Source of the DNA: Nemertoderma westbladi
Taxonomy: Eukaryota > Animalia > Xenacoelomorpha
DNA length: 60,167 bases
Reading direction: 5' to 3'
NCBI GenBank assembly: GCA_032718475.1
Contig: JAUCBJ010006840.1
Span: 1-60,167, forward strand
Part shown: one piece after another, positions 36,175 through 48,376 of the stretch
Position numbering within the stretch: position 1 is the first letter of the stretch
How the letters are laid out: each line of letters opens with the position of its first letter
Translations under genes and position numbers: made by a program
Notes under the pieces: generated by a model
Told to the model about the DNA's origin: nothing
The model's database searches: none
What the model saw: only the letters and a program-made list of their open reading frames with translations

Positions 36175-37409
36175 TGTAAAAGCTTCTGTGGGATATAACT
36201 GGCCCCTTTTGCTTCGCAATCCAGTTTCCCCCCAGGCGCTGGAATACTCTAAAAAGGTTCTCTAACTATATATATATTCCCCTCGCCCGCAAGGTACCGT
36301 TACAGGTGTTTTAACGGACATAAAAGTCATTCTGCTATATACGTGTTTTGGCGGACATGGTAAGGCAAAAAACCTGTAATGCACCAACTACCTTTCACAG
36401 CTTAGCCGTGATGATTCATATTACGACATCTAACAGCTGGTTGCTGACATGGAAACAGCCATTGGATGCATGGTTCTTTGTTTGGCTTGAGCCAATCAGA
36501 GCGATTTTTCCTGTCGACGTGTAGCTTTTCGGTCGATCATAAGGAGAGGGTTCAGTCTTACTGCTTTTACTTGATACTTTGTTGTTATTGCTGTCTAAGC
36601 CAGAAACACCGGCTTTTTGGGAAGAACTCTAGTAAAACTGCTTAGATTATAGAAAGTATAACTGTTACCGGCGGTGTTACCTCACTTAATTTAACTGCAC
36701 TAATCATATTGTTTGTACTGCTATTTACCGTCAGTTATTAATTGTATCTATTTGTTGATGGAAATATTGCTCTTTGGAGAATACGGATAAATCACCCCAA
36801 ATTCCCAATTTTCTTGATACACTACAGGTTAGAGAGGCGGGCTATATATAACAATTGCGATTTATATCAATGTGGTGTGTATTGAATCTAATGTTATTTA
36901 GTAGACACTACGTGAGTCAATTACTGCTCTCTTTATGTGTGATCAAATATACTGACTGTCGGCAGAATAGTGTGCATGATTGTGAGTGTGATGTGACTGG
37001 TAACAAAGCATTTCCTAAAGAATGCGACTTATACTTTAATCATAAGCCTTATCGTTGCGTTTAGTATAAGTCCTAGCTCTGTTTAAATAGATAGAGCGCC
37101 ACGTCCTAAAGGAACTGTTAATATTTCCCGAAAGTTAATAATATCTGTCAGAAATTACATATTAGCGATCAATCGAATAATACAGTAAGCTTACACTGCA
37201 ACCTTACACTGCAATAATAAAATCTAAGCATCCGAATTCAGCCTCCCGGGTGTAGATCCATCGGGTGAATGATCGCGCATGGGCTGGCTTCGGCTAATGT
37301 TTTGTTTATTAGCATAAAATATTGTCGTATGCTAAAGGTGTGTTAATTAACTAAAAGACATATAAATTTTGGCAGGTTAAACTGCTAAAGGTCTTCAAAA
37401 GCGCGAACA
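36175..37409 (+). repeat. 5' LTR of element B
   Basis: TGTAAAAGC...GCGCGAACA, duplicated at 46793-48027; CCAAT box at ~36491 and AATAAA at ~37215. Confidence 0.96.
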
Positions 37410-37421
37410 GTAACAGTTATA
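37410..37421 (+). promoter_or_regulatory. Non-tRNA primer-binding site candidate, complementary to LTR 36657-36668
   Basis: GTAACAGTTATA is the exact reverse complement of TATAACTGTTAC in the LTR; no TGG-type PBS is present. Confidence 0.6.
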
Positions 37422-37689
37422 ATCTTATTGCAGTAGGCAATAAGGTTGCAAAATACCGTAGTAACCGGTATTTCTGTAGGTCTGTAGCCTGTAGGCCCAA
37501 CTGTCCTAACCGGTACTGCTGTATAAGTACATTAGTATTATTCGATTTTGATTATTGTATACCGGTAGGTCTTGGTACTTAATCAGGGAACGGCCGCCCT
37601 GATTTTTATTTGAGATTTTACTTATTTCTGTCGGTTTTATTTACTAGTAGGCTAATATTGAGCAGAAGGCGTGTGACCCTGCTCAGATT

Positions 37690-38262
37690 GTTCAGATAAT
37701 TGTAGGCTGAGCTGCTGTCTGACTGTGTTGAGTTTGGAGAGATTACGGCGTGTGTAGAGTTTGTCTGATCAAGTGCCGTTAGTAAGTTGGGGCAGCCATA
37801 TGCTGAAGGTCAATCCCCTCTTAAAGAATAAGTCGTACTACCGTGTTAGAACGCATACTAACTAACAGTTTCAGAATCTGCATATACTGTAGTTTATTTA
37901 GGCTTGATCGTAGTCTGCCAGCGTTTTGGCCTGTGTTTGTTTGTGTGGTCTGTTCAGGTACCGTAATAGTTATTACTCAGATATTTGTAGGCTGGATTGT
38001 TGTCTAGCTATTATTAGGTCTGAAGAGATTGCTGCGTGTGTAGAGTTTGTCTGATAAAGCTCCGTTAGTAAGTTGGGGCAGCCATAGCGGTAAGGTCTAT
38101 CCCCTCTTAAAGAATAAGTCGTACTACCGTGTTAGAACGCATACTAACTAACTATTTCAGAATCTACACGTACGGTAGTTTATTTAGGCTTGGTGGTGGT
38201 CTGCCAGCGTTTTGGTTTGTATTTGTTTGAGTATTCTGTACGGGTAGCGTAATATTTATTAT
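37690..38262. repeat. ~286-bp direct duplication in the leader of element B
   Basis: GTGTGTAGAGTTTGTCTGAT at ~37750 and ~38036; CCCCTCTTAAAGAATAAGTCGTACTACCGTG occurs twice. Confidence 0.85.
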
Positions 38263-39574
38263 TCAGAGTTTATGCGATTATTCGCAACATTCATGTCCCC
38301 AAGTTTATTCCTACAGTAATTGTGTTTGTTACACATACCGTTATAGTTAAATTAACTCCGGTACTACACGGGCTGCTTGGCGTAGGTAAAGACTGGTGAC
38401 TTTGTGCTTCGGTCACTCCAGCAGATGCCGTGGTTCTTTTAACTGTTCAAGTATATTTAACTACTGATTATTTGTTATACCGGTACTTGTACCTAATTTA
38501 GGGTTTAGTGTACAGTGCTTTCCGAAGTAATTAGTGTGTAGGCCGTATATTTGTGTTGTAAAGTGGTTGATAGGCACATTCGTTAGCTCTATTAGCTTCT
38601 GGGTAGGAACAATCCGTGATACATAACGTAGTACCTATAGCGATACGGTTATAGGTCGTCAGGCGGTGGTATTTTCCTATCTGGACAGTACAATATATTT
38701 ACTACTACTTATTATTTAAATACCGTAGTACCCTGTCCTTTGTAATAACCAGAAATCTAACCCTTTGTTGGGCTGGTTTGTAGACTTCCTGTAAAATTAC
38801 CCTAAAAATTCGTACGTAATATTTTTTGTTGTGTTTAATTAGAGATTTAATCTCACCCGTATCGTAAGTAATTTGTAGTATTAAGTAACTTAGGTAAATT
38901 AGAATTATCTGTTTTAGTGTCCAATAAATAGCACTCCACTGAGAGCGCACAGCTTCTGTGTAGTGACCCCCCAGAAATAATAACATTTATTTCAAATATT
39001 GACAAAACCCTTTTAAACGGGTATATAAATATTATAAATCAACTCAAACGATTTATAAATAGTAGGCCTGCCATACAACAACTAGGTCTCAATATCAGTT
39101 GGACTACTGCTTAAATAACGGTAACAAAGTAAGTTAAAGTAACCAAGTAACCCTAAAATATTCAGAAATTCAATTATTCTAAAATAATTGACATACCGGT
39201 ATTTACCATAGGCTTATTATATTTATTTCTATAAATTTGTGTTGAAATCATACCGGTACTCTGTAATTAATTATAGTCCAGAATTATACTTATATACTAT
39301 AAGTGTAGGCTGTATACCGGTATTCACGATAGGCCTATTATATATTTATATATATTTGTGCTAAAATTATATACCGGTACTCTGTGACAAATCTAGTCTG
39401 TAATAATACTTATATATATATTATAAGCATACCGGTATTCTAATATATTATATATATATCACGCTACACTGAGTAGCAGTATCGGTAATTAATTACTAGG
39501 CTAACAGTGATACTGAATTACTAGACTTGCTTTAACTGTAATATAGCAGTAGGCATTCAACTGTACAATCAAAC

Positions 39575-42500
39575 ATGGCTGACACAAGGCAAACTCTGTC
39601 AGATAGTCTCCTAGAAACAACAGCCTGTTTCTCAGATCAAAGTGTAGAGAATCCCAGACCGAGGTCTGAAACCCCTCATACTGTAAGAAGGGCAACCCCT
39701 GCAGTGGTTGTGTCAGAACCTAGGTTGGTAGAAAAGATTTCGCAATTTGCGAAGTTAGTGAAGCGCCGTTGGTCTGCCATAGGCACTCGGGCCCAAGTCA
39801 AGCGGGATCAAGAAGAAGCTATAAAACAGCAGCATCCTCCTAGCCAAGAACCGGGTCCTCAGCGGTCCGATAGCTCCAGTAGTTCGGATACTGTTGAGCG
39901 GACGCCAGAACGCGGAGCGAAGATGGCGGATACGGTTTATGATGGGCGGCCAGCCTGTGGGGAATCAACCGACGCCACTTCTTCTCAAGTGGAAAGTGAG
40001 GTGGAAAGCGAAGTGGAAAGTGAGGTGGAAAGCGAAGTGGAAAGCGAGGTGGAAAGCGAAGTGGAAAGCGAATTAACAGCAGCAGAGAAGCTGCGAACTA
40101 GAGACGCTATCGACATTTATTTGTCCGACTATCAGCGATTCCTAGGAGACGAAGAGTTGAGGAGACGGCTGTATGGACTTTCCCCTAATAGTGAAGGAAC
40201 CAAGCTTGTATTGGACTCAATCGATGCCGAAATGTTAGCTGCAAACCAAGCTGAATGTGATGAAAAACTCCGTCTCACTAGAGTCCGAGAAGAACAAGTA
40301 AAGAAAAGAAGGATAGAGGAACAAAAGGCGGCGGCTATGGCAGTGGCAGAAGCAGAAAGGAGAGCATCGGAGCAGATTACCCAACTGGAGTTGGAGAATC
40401 TGCAAGAGACACAAGACAGTATAAATAAACAGTTTACTGCTAATCAAATGCAGATGATGAGAAAATCTACTCCCAAGCGCCATGGGTACACATCCTCGGA
40501 GGAAGGCGATACTACCGATCCTGAAGGCGGAGGAAATAGATCTCATCTAAGTAGGCGTAGAAAAACATATTACCGTCGCAAATTGCCTGATTTGCCCCCA
40601 GTTGTTAAAAGACAGCTAACTAGCACAGATTTAGGTAGTGCAGAACCCATAGAACAATTCATCCAGGTCAAAAGACTCCCTACTATAGTCGATGAACCCG
40701 AAATAATTAGGCCTGTTGTTCCCAAAGTCACTTCTGTGCTAGAGACCCCTACACTTCCAGAGCTTAACTCTAAATTCCCTTTACATAGTACTACACTGCC
40801 TGTACCCGGTGGAACAGTCCATGCAAATACCCCTGTCCAGATAGCAGAGAGAGAAATCAATAATTTGTCTCCCGTCGTCCCGCGTCAGCCCGCTACTATG
40901 TTGGCGACTCCCGCTTCGGCGGTTGAGTGGGTGGAAGAGGGACGGCGGGGGATGAAACTCCTGCTAGGACAGATGCAGGAGACTGTCCACCAACTTAAGG
41001 GAACAGTGAGGGAAGGTAGAGCAGAGTTGCAAGAAGTGCAGCAAAGTATCGCGCTAGAACGCGACAAATTAGTCAATATACAAAAAGGCATACCCATGCC
41101 CCCTGTAACATTGTGTCAACCCGTTAGGTCTGAAGTATTACATGCGCAAGGTGTGGAGCCTACACGCATCTATACTGCTAGTGAAGTTGAAACCCCTATA
41201 GCAAACCCTATTAAGGGTGATTATAGACCTGTTATTAATGATATTCCCTATAGACCTGATAATGATCCGAGAAATTTATATACCGATAATTCGATATTAA
41301 ATAACACGATGGCCCAAGAAAGCTTTACGCGTCAGATGGCTAGAACAGAAGCCCGCCAAGCGGTCAAAGTGGGAGAGATCGTCAAATTCAATGGAGATGA
41401 GATGAAATGGTTACCTTTCAACGAATATTACAAAGATAGCATACAGAACTCTGTACTATCTAACGGAGAAAAACTTAGATTCCTCATCAAGTGCTTGGAA
41501 GGACCTCCCAAGTTAATGGCGTTAAAGTTTATTGGACATCCAGATGGATTAAGACAAGTTTGGGATACATTAAACATCAGGTATGGTAACAAGGATAACA
41601 TAGCTAAGTATTTGTATGCAAAATTAGTAGCCCCCCGACACTTCCTTAGTAGCGGGATTATAGAGTTTTCCGATGAAATTCAAGAGATCTGTAGACAACT
41701 AGACTGGTTAGGTAAGTCGCATGAATATCAGAGTTCCATGGTCATTGGAGCCGTAGTCTCTACTTTACCAAAGGGTGGAGTATGTACGCGCTGGGACAAG
41801 AAAGTGTTGTACATGAATGAACAACAACGCCGAAGCCCTACCATGGCTGATCTCATGTCCTTCTTAGATAGTGAAGTAAAATTACAACTCATAAGGCAGT
41901 CCAGAGAGAAAACATCGGAAAATAAGGTAAGTGAGAAACCCGTTTCTAGGAGAAGGATAATACCAGTGTGTTATACTGACGACGGCGAAAGCCAAGCTTC
42001 TCAAGAAGAGGACAGCGGGAAAGACACCGAACGATCTTACTATGACAACAAGACCTATAAAGACGTAAGTAAATACAAGTCTCGAACCAGTGACAGGAGA
42101 GAACAGGTAACAACAACTCCTCCTACATCTCCTAAGAGAATTCACGGAAGAAAGCCCGAAGAAAGAACGAGAGTGCAGAACGTTAACCAAGTTAAGGTGA
42201 GTAACATCAAACCAAAATGTGCGCTGTGCGACGGGCCCCACCGTTTGAGTGCGTGTGCAGAATTCCTAAAGAAATCCATGGCAGATAGACGTGGAGTCCT
42301 GTGGGATAAGCGGTTATGTTATAACTGTCTCAGACGCGGACACCAGCGGCGAACCTGTTACTCTGACGCAAGGTGTGCTAAGTGCGGCGCGAAACATCAT
42401 AGCTTGTTACACACGGAATTCGAACGAAACAGCCCGAGTCAGGTAAGTGAGCCCAAATCACATGTCCAATTCAGTGATGTGAACGACACTGACCAAAGTT

Positions 42501-43648
42501 CTGAGTGGGAAGGATTCTATACGGACGAATTCTCCGATGCCAACGAATCCTGTTATCTAATAAATACCGCAGTGTATCGAGCACTTACTTACGAAAAGGA
42601 CATCAACGATGAGTTTCCCCCAACTACTTTCGCCAAACAACCATCTTGGAAAGCTCCAGCTTCCAACGTAGGAATCAGAGAATTTCCTGTAGTTCAAGTA
42701 AGAGTTCACGGTCTTAACAAAAGCTACATAGTGAAAGCCCTCCTTGACTCTGGCAGCACAGGAACATTCATCAATCAAGAACTAGCCGAAGATATCTTTG
42801 CTGGACAACCCAAGTTCCGGACTAAACTGAATATGTCAGGAATTATGCAGGTTTGGAAATCTACCCTAACGGCAGATTACTATGTAGGTGTGTTGTCCAC
42901 CCCCCAGGATAAGTTAGGAACACAAGGTATAAGGTCAGTAAAAATGGTGGCCATAAAGAACTTTGCTACTACTCAAGCAGAACCTTATAACTGGGACGAG
43001 GATGAGTGCATCCAACATCTTGAGATACCTCGATTCCAAACCGATTATCCTGGAGTGCAAATCCTCATCGGCCAAAACGCGCATGAGGCGCTCGAGACAT
43101 TGGAGAAACGGCCTGCTGAACCGCAGCCATTACAAACTTATGCGGTAAGAACTAGAGTAGGTTGGTACTTCACTGGCCCTTCCCGTAGAACTCTCAAAGA
43201 GAGATTACCTCAACAACAGGTATACCAAGTAAAGGGGGAAGTGGAGAGCAGTGATGTGGACGATCCAACTGAGGGAACACCATACTCCTCAGATAATGAC
43301 GATATTAACTCCAATGTAGATCAATGGAGACATTGCCTTGGGACGATTAATCCAGCCGACATCGATTCCAGAAGAGCAACTCCTCAAGAACGGATAGATA
43401 CTCCCGGCTGGTTAGGTGGACCCGACTCCCTAAGTAAAGAAGAAGATGAATGGCCTCCTCATCTTACCACTGAGGAGATTAGACAGGCCAAGGGAGCGGA
43501 GGAAGTAACACGACAGCCTAATCGCCCAGCTGGTCGCTTAGGTTTACTGGAAAGAGACCGAAAACTGTCCGGAAACCATGGAAGGCAGGATACTCTTCCT
43601 ACGACCACTTCCCTAATTCGACAAAGATCTAGGGACTCCATAACGTAA
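39575..43648 (+). CDS. BEL/Pao Gag-protease polyprotein (1357 aa) ending in remnant pol stubs
   Basis: KFNGDEMKWLPF..LSNGEKLRFL..L.G (gag), triple knuckle CALCDGPH..C / CYNCLRRGH..C / CAKCGAKHHSLLH, protease ALLDSGSTGTFI, AVRTRVGWYFTGP; no RT or IN catalytic core. Confidence 0.92.
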   Translation: MADTRQTLSDSLLETTACFSDQSVENPRPRSETPHTVRRATPAVVVSEPRLVEKISQFAKLVKRRWSAIGTRAQVKRDQEEAIKQQHPPSQEPGPQRSDSSSSSDTVERTPERGAKMADTVYDGRPACGESTDATSSQVESEVESEVESEVESEVESEVESEVESELTAAEKLRTRDAIDIYLSDYQRFLGDEELRRRLYGLSPNSEGTKLVLDSIDAEMLAANQAECDEKLRLTRVREEQVKKRRIEEQKAAAMAVAEAERRASEQITQLELENLQETQDSINKQFTANQMQMMRKSTPKRHGYTSSEEGDTTDPEGGGNRSHLSRRRKTYYRRKLPDLPPVVKRQLTSTDLGSAEPIEQFIQVKRLPTIVDEPEIIRPVVPKVTSVLETPTLPELNSKFPLHSTTLPVPGGTVHANTPVQIAEREINNLSPVVPRQPATMLATPASAVEWVEEGRRGMKLLLGQMQETVHQLKGTVREGRAELQEVQQSIALERDKLVNIQKGIPMPPVTLCQPVRSEVLHAQGVEPTRIYTASEVETPIANPIKGDYRPVINDIPYRPDNDPRNLYTDNSILNNTMAQESFTRQMARTEARQAVKVGEIVKFNGDEMKWLPFNEYYKDSIQNSVLSNGEKLRFLIKCLEGPPKLMALKFIGHPDGLRQVWDTLNIRYGNKDNIAKYLYAKLVAPRHFLSSGIIEFSDEIQEICRQLDWLGKSHEYQSSMVIGAVVSTLPKGGVCTRWDKKVLYMNEQQRRSPTMADLMSFLDSEVKLQLIRQSREKTSENKVSEKPVSRRRIIPVCYTDDGESQASQEEDSGKDTERSYYDNKTYKDVSKYKSRTSDRREQVTTTPPTSPKRIHGRKPEERTRVQNVNQVKVSNIKPKCALCDGPHRLSACAEFLKKSMADRRGVLWDKRLCYNCLRRGHQRRTCYSDARCAKCGAKHHSLLHTEFERNSPSQVSEPKSHVQFSDVNDTDQSSEWEGFYTDEFSDANESCYLINTAVYRALTYEKDINDEFPPTTFAKQPSWKAPASNVGIREFPVVQVRVHGLNKSYIVKALLDSGSTGTFINQELAEDIFAGQPKFRTKLNMSGIMQVWKSTLTADYYVGVLSTPQDKLGTQGIRSVKMVAIKNFATTQAEPYNWDEDECIQHLEIPRFQTDYPGVQILIGQNAHEALETLEKRPAEPQPLQTYAVRTRVGWYFTGPSRRTLKERLPQQQVYQVKGEVESSDVDDPTEGTPYSSDNDDINSNVDQWRHCLGTINPADIDSRRATPQERIDTPGWLGGPDSLSKEEDEWPPHLTTEEIRQAKGAEEVTRQPNRPAGRLGLLERDRKLSGNHGRQDTLPTTTSLIRQRSRDSIT

Positions 43649-45263
43649 TTATATATGGAGTGGGTGTGTGACTATATTATTTTATATTTTTTTTATTATT
43701 ATTTTATATTTAGGTATGGATTATTATGTACTTTATTATAATCGTTTTATTTAATTTTATTTAGTGGAATGTTATTTAGATTATTTAGTAGAATAGTGCA
43801 ATATATTAGTGTTTATTACGTAATTACATAATATATCTAGTGCGACGGCGAGAAATAATTCTTTTCTCTTTCCTTACTGTCCGTATTATATTATAAATGC
43901 GAGACTATAGTAAGATGACATGTCCGTACTTATTAAAGTACAATAAAGCTCCTACTATATTTAAGTATTATTGGTAGGCAGAGTATTAGGAATGCAAAGT
44001 TCAGATCCTCGTGTCTCGGCTAAACCAAGCTCTGGGTAGACCTTGGAAACGACTTGCCTCTTCACACTGACATTGCTTCGTGCGATATTGCTCTTCTACC
44101 TTATAACAGATAATACATATAGTAGCGTGATGTCCCTCTAACAGTAGCGTAAAACGCAAATAAATCTGTTAAACCTTTTGACCATCTGTAATTCTAGTCG
44201 ATTAAGATATCGCGGCACCCACCGATATACTTGAAAGACAAATTCTAGAATCAGTGGTTAACGTCCCCAGACAAGCTCTGGAATAAATCGGTGCCCATCT
44301 TAAATATTAATTTAATATTTATTAAAATCTGTAAAATTCAGATCCGTTAACAATTCTAGTCGATTAAGATATCGTAGCACTTACTGATACTCTTAAAAGA
44401 CAAATTTCATAGAATTAAGGATCCTATGTCCCCAGACCTGCTCTGGAATCAAATTGTGTCAAATTTAACATCAAATAATAAAATTCACGGGAATAAATTT
44501 AAATTCATATTCGAATGAATTTCATAAATTGTCATTTTGTGCAATTTACAACATTCCCAAAATTCCAGTAATTAATAGATCATGGGAGCGGAGATTCATA
44601 TTGAGTGTACTAGAGTGCGAGAATCTCCAATATATAGTCAATAGCCGATAAAATTTATAAAATCATGCATAAAGAGGATATTGACAATTAAAGAATTACT
44701 ATTAAATAACATCCCAGATCTGTATGCATGAGAATTACCCTAATTCTACCGCTAGTTTTCCATAATGTCACCATGGCAACACCCACGCTAGAATTAGAAG
44801 CAAGTTAAAGTAACAATAAAAGGCTTGCCCATTGCGTAGCATAAGAGAATACATAGCGCACTATTAGTATCCAAGGATACATAGTAATAACGTGACATTC
44901 TGGAAGACAATGACTAACGGACAAAATGGCTTGCATGTGTGCAGTAAGTAATGATTGTATGGAATTTGTGCGTTTATAGGTGAATGATACTACTAAAGTG
45001 TGTTTACAGTAGCTAATCGCAATTGTAAAGTAGCCTAACTCTACCGAGATAACCTCAAGTGGATTCAAGCCTTTGGGACGGACAGTGGTGGGACTTGTGT
45101 CGATTATCGTTGTCGTGCTGTTGCTACATGTTGGCGCAAACACCGCGACAATGGTACATCGGCGCTGAGAAACCCACTGTCCGGGGTCAAAGACTAGTAG
45201 GCAGCGACGCCCGCTTGCCTAAATATTGACTCATACTAATATTAATAAACTTAGATAGCAGAT

Positions 45264-46766
45264 ATGACGGAATTAATAGAAGATGACCTTGGTATTAGAG
45301 AGCGATATACTCTACCTTTACAAGCGTTTGTGGATAGCTTGATACGCGGTGAAGCCGATCCGACTATTACGGAGGACGATGGTCGTTATATCGAACCGCC
45401 GATGTCCCAAGAGCAACTTACGCGTGAATTGGACTATCGAAAATTAACCGCTCGCTATACGCATCGTAATAGTACGTATATGGACTTCCTAACTACCGGC
45501 CATCCTATCGATTTACATGATACGGACGATGTAGACACCGAAAGGGAAATGGTTCTATTTAAATATCATACCCAGTGGAGGCGGAACGATAAACCGAGAA
45601 TAGATCACGAAAATTCTATTCGTAACAGACTGGGAAGACGAACCAATATGACTAGAATCTGAGGAGATTCAGCCTATCGCTCCCGGAACAGCGACAACGA
45701 TTACATCCTAGAATGGTATCAAGGTCCACAGTGTCTCACTGCGTACGATTATCGAAATGCCAACTATGTTTCTAGGCAATGTTGTCGGTTATGCGCATCG
45801 AGAGACCACGATACGCCCATGGACACCAACGTCCGCTGTTCCTATTTCCACGAACAACCGGCGATGGAAATTTATTGCGCGTATTGCAGATTTAATAATT
45901 TGCACGTTTTTGCGGTTTGCCCTCAATTTATGACTCAATGTCACCATTGTCAACTAAAGGGACATGCTAGTTTCGATTGCCCTTTTAATCACGATTTGAA
46001 AAGCGTAGATGAAATGATCACACTACGTTACATCAGAGCTTGGGAAGCGAACGCTAATTTACATTGTGATTCGCGCCATCGTTATTATCCTGGACGCGCT
46101 TACGAAGGAATTTATGCGTTCCATCCTTATCTATTCGCTTCTGTCGAACAGAAATCACGCATATCGAGTTATGAACTATTGAAGCGCGTTGGAGAATGTA
46201 TTTCAACCAAATATGTACGCAAATTCCTCAGGAGCATTAATCCGAGTGACATCAATTCGTATAACTTAATAAACTTTATCCGTCAAGATCCGGCCTATAG
46301 AGACTTATTTGTCAACTCACACCCCGAGTTACAAGAAGTATATCGACGGCCTTACGAATACCGAGCCCGCGAACGCGAGTTGGAAAGAACCATTAAACCA
46401 AGGAAGTTTCTAACTGCCTATGGTCCACCCACGGCCCTCGTTCAGACCACTCGTAAAGGACCCGTAAGAGCGGCTGTCTTGAAACGAGCTCTCAAAGCCG
46501 TTAGACCCCTCTCCCCGGACGTTGATGTCAATCAACCCGGTACTTCGACCGGCGGATATACCGATCGCAATCCCATACCTTCTAATGCAATCATATTGCA
46601 CCCTTCACCCAGGAGTTATAGCCCTCCTCGTAAAGTGGCTCGCCCCAAAGAGAAAAGGACTCTTGCTAGCTTTAAAAAAAACTGCGTAAACGCCGTCCGC
46701 GCAAGAAAGACTAACTGTTTAGAGTATTTTTATATTTTAGAAACTGTGATTTTGTATATTTTATAG
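45264..46766 (+). pseudogene. Extra ORF2 of element B (~500 codons, one in-frame TGA at 45660-45662), triple zinc-knuckle protein
   Basis: ORFs 45264-45662 and 45819-46766 share a frame and the sequence between them is open; motifs CRLCASRDH..C, CAYCRFNNLH..C, CHHCQLKGH..C; basic C-terminus. Confidence 0.7.
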
Positions 46767-46792
46767 ACTTAAATCCCATTTTCTGGGAGCGG

Positions 46793-48027
46793 TGTAAAAG
46801 CTTCTGTGGGATATAACTGGCCCCTTTTGCTTCGCATTCCAGTTTCCCCCCAGGCGCTGGAATACTCTAAAAAGGTTCTCTAACTATATATATATTCCCC
46901 TCGCCCGCAAGGTACCGTTACAGGTGTTTTAACGGACATAAAAGTCATTCTGCTATATACGTGTTTTGGCGGACATGGTAAGGCAAAAAACCTGTAATGC
47001 ACCAACTACCTTTCACAGCTTAGCCGTGATGATTCATATTACGACATCTAACAGCTGGTTGCTGACATGGAAACAGCCATTGGATGCATGGTTCTTTGTT
47101 TGGCTTGAGCCAATCAGAGCGATTTTTCCTGTCGACGTGTAGCTTTTCGGTCGATCATAAGGAGAGGGTTCAGTCTTACTGCTTTTACTTGATACTTTGT
47201 TGTTATTGCTGTCTAAGCCAGAAACACCGGCTTTTTGGGAAGAACTCTAGTAAAACTGCTTAGATTATAGAAAGTATAACTGTTACCGGCGGTGTTACCT
47301 CACTTAATTTAACTGCACTAATCATATTGTTTGTACTGCTATTTACCGTCAGTTATTAATTGTATCTATTTGTTGATGGAAATATTGCTCTTTGGATAAT
47401 ACGGATAAATCACCCCAAATTCCCAATTTTCTTGATACACTACAGGTTAGAGAGGCGGGCTATATATAACAATTGCGATTTATATCAATGTGGTGTGTAT
47501 TGAATCTAATGTTATTTAGTAGACACTACGTGAGTCAATTACTGCTCTCTTTATGTGTGATCAAATATACTGACTGTCGGCAGAATAGTGTGCATGATTG
47601 TGAGTGTGATGTGACTGGTAACAAAGCATTTCCTAAAGAATGCGACTTATACTTTAATCATAAGCCTTATCGTTGCGTTTAGTATAAGTCCTAGCTCTGT
47701 TTAAATAGATAGAGCGCCACGTCCTAAAGGAACTGTTAATATTTCCCGAAAGTTAATAATATCTGTCAGAAATTACATATTAGCGATCAATCGAATAATA
47801 CAGTAAGCTTACACTGCAACCTTACACTGCAATAATAAAATCTAAGCATCCGAATTCAGCCTCCCGGGTGTAGATCCATCGGGTGAATGATCGCGCATGG
47901 GCTGGCTTCGGCTAATGTTTTGTTTATTAGCATAAAATATTGTCGTATGCTAAAGGTGTGTTAATTAACTAAAAGACATATAAATTTTGGCAGGTTAAAC
48001 TGCTAAAGGTCTTCAAAAGCGCGAACA
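46793..48027 (+). repeat. 3' LTR of element B
   Basis: Near-identical to 36175-37409. Confidence 0.96.
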
Positions 48028-48032
48028 GTCGT

Positions 48033-48376
48033 TTTAGAGAACTTCAGGATATGCTGTCTAATGAAAGAAACCCTGCAAATGGGGCGTCTTAGAGTAGGAC
48101 CGTACTTACCGTCACTGCCTACCAATATTCCTGTGAGTGGTCGCAGTGTTAAACCAATTTTAGGCCATGATATTGATCAAACTCATAAACCCATAACTGA
48201 CCACGGTGTAGATGAATCAGAAATTTACCCTTGCCCGATTTGTGGCATTCCGTGGTTTATAGAAGGTCCATCAATGATAAGTTGTGACCGTTGTTTTGAT
48301 TGGTTCCATTTTCATTGTGTCGGTATTTGTTGATGAACCTGCGGAAGAAACATGGTACTGTAGTGATTGTAAATAA
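48033..48376 (+). pseudogene. Frameshifted PHD-finger gene remnant, split from its Q-rich 5' part (36025-36174) by element B
   Basis: CPIC...MISCDRCFDWFHFHCVGI, then +1 frame VDEPAEETWYCSDCK*, giving a C4HC3 PHD. Removing element B joins ..MESHKNSR|FRELQDMLS.. in frame. Confidence 0.7.

Larger units (their letters stand above)
36175..48027 (+). mobile_element. Complete non-autonomous BEL/Pao-type LTR element B (11853 bp)
   Basis: Two 1235-bp LTRs TG...CA at offset 10618 with only two differences noticed by eye; 5-bp TSD GTCGT (36170-36174, 48028-48032); gag-protease ORF; short PPT GGGAGCGG (46785-46792). Confidence 0.96.

Noticed and set aside
36855-37064. Identical 69-aa ORFs at 36855 and 47473
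   Set aside because: They simply reflect the LTR duplication; non-ATG start and no domain.
45660-45662. Selenocysteine or programmed readthrough at the in-frame TGA
   Set aside because: No SECIS or readthrough context recognised (TGA GGA); a nonsense mutation is simpler.
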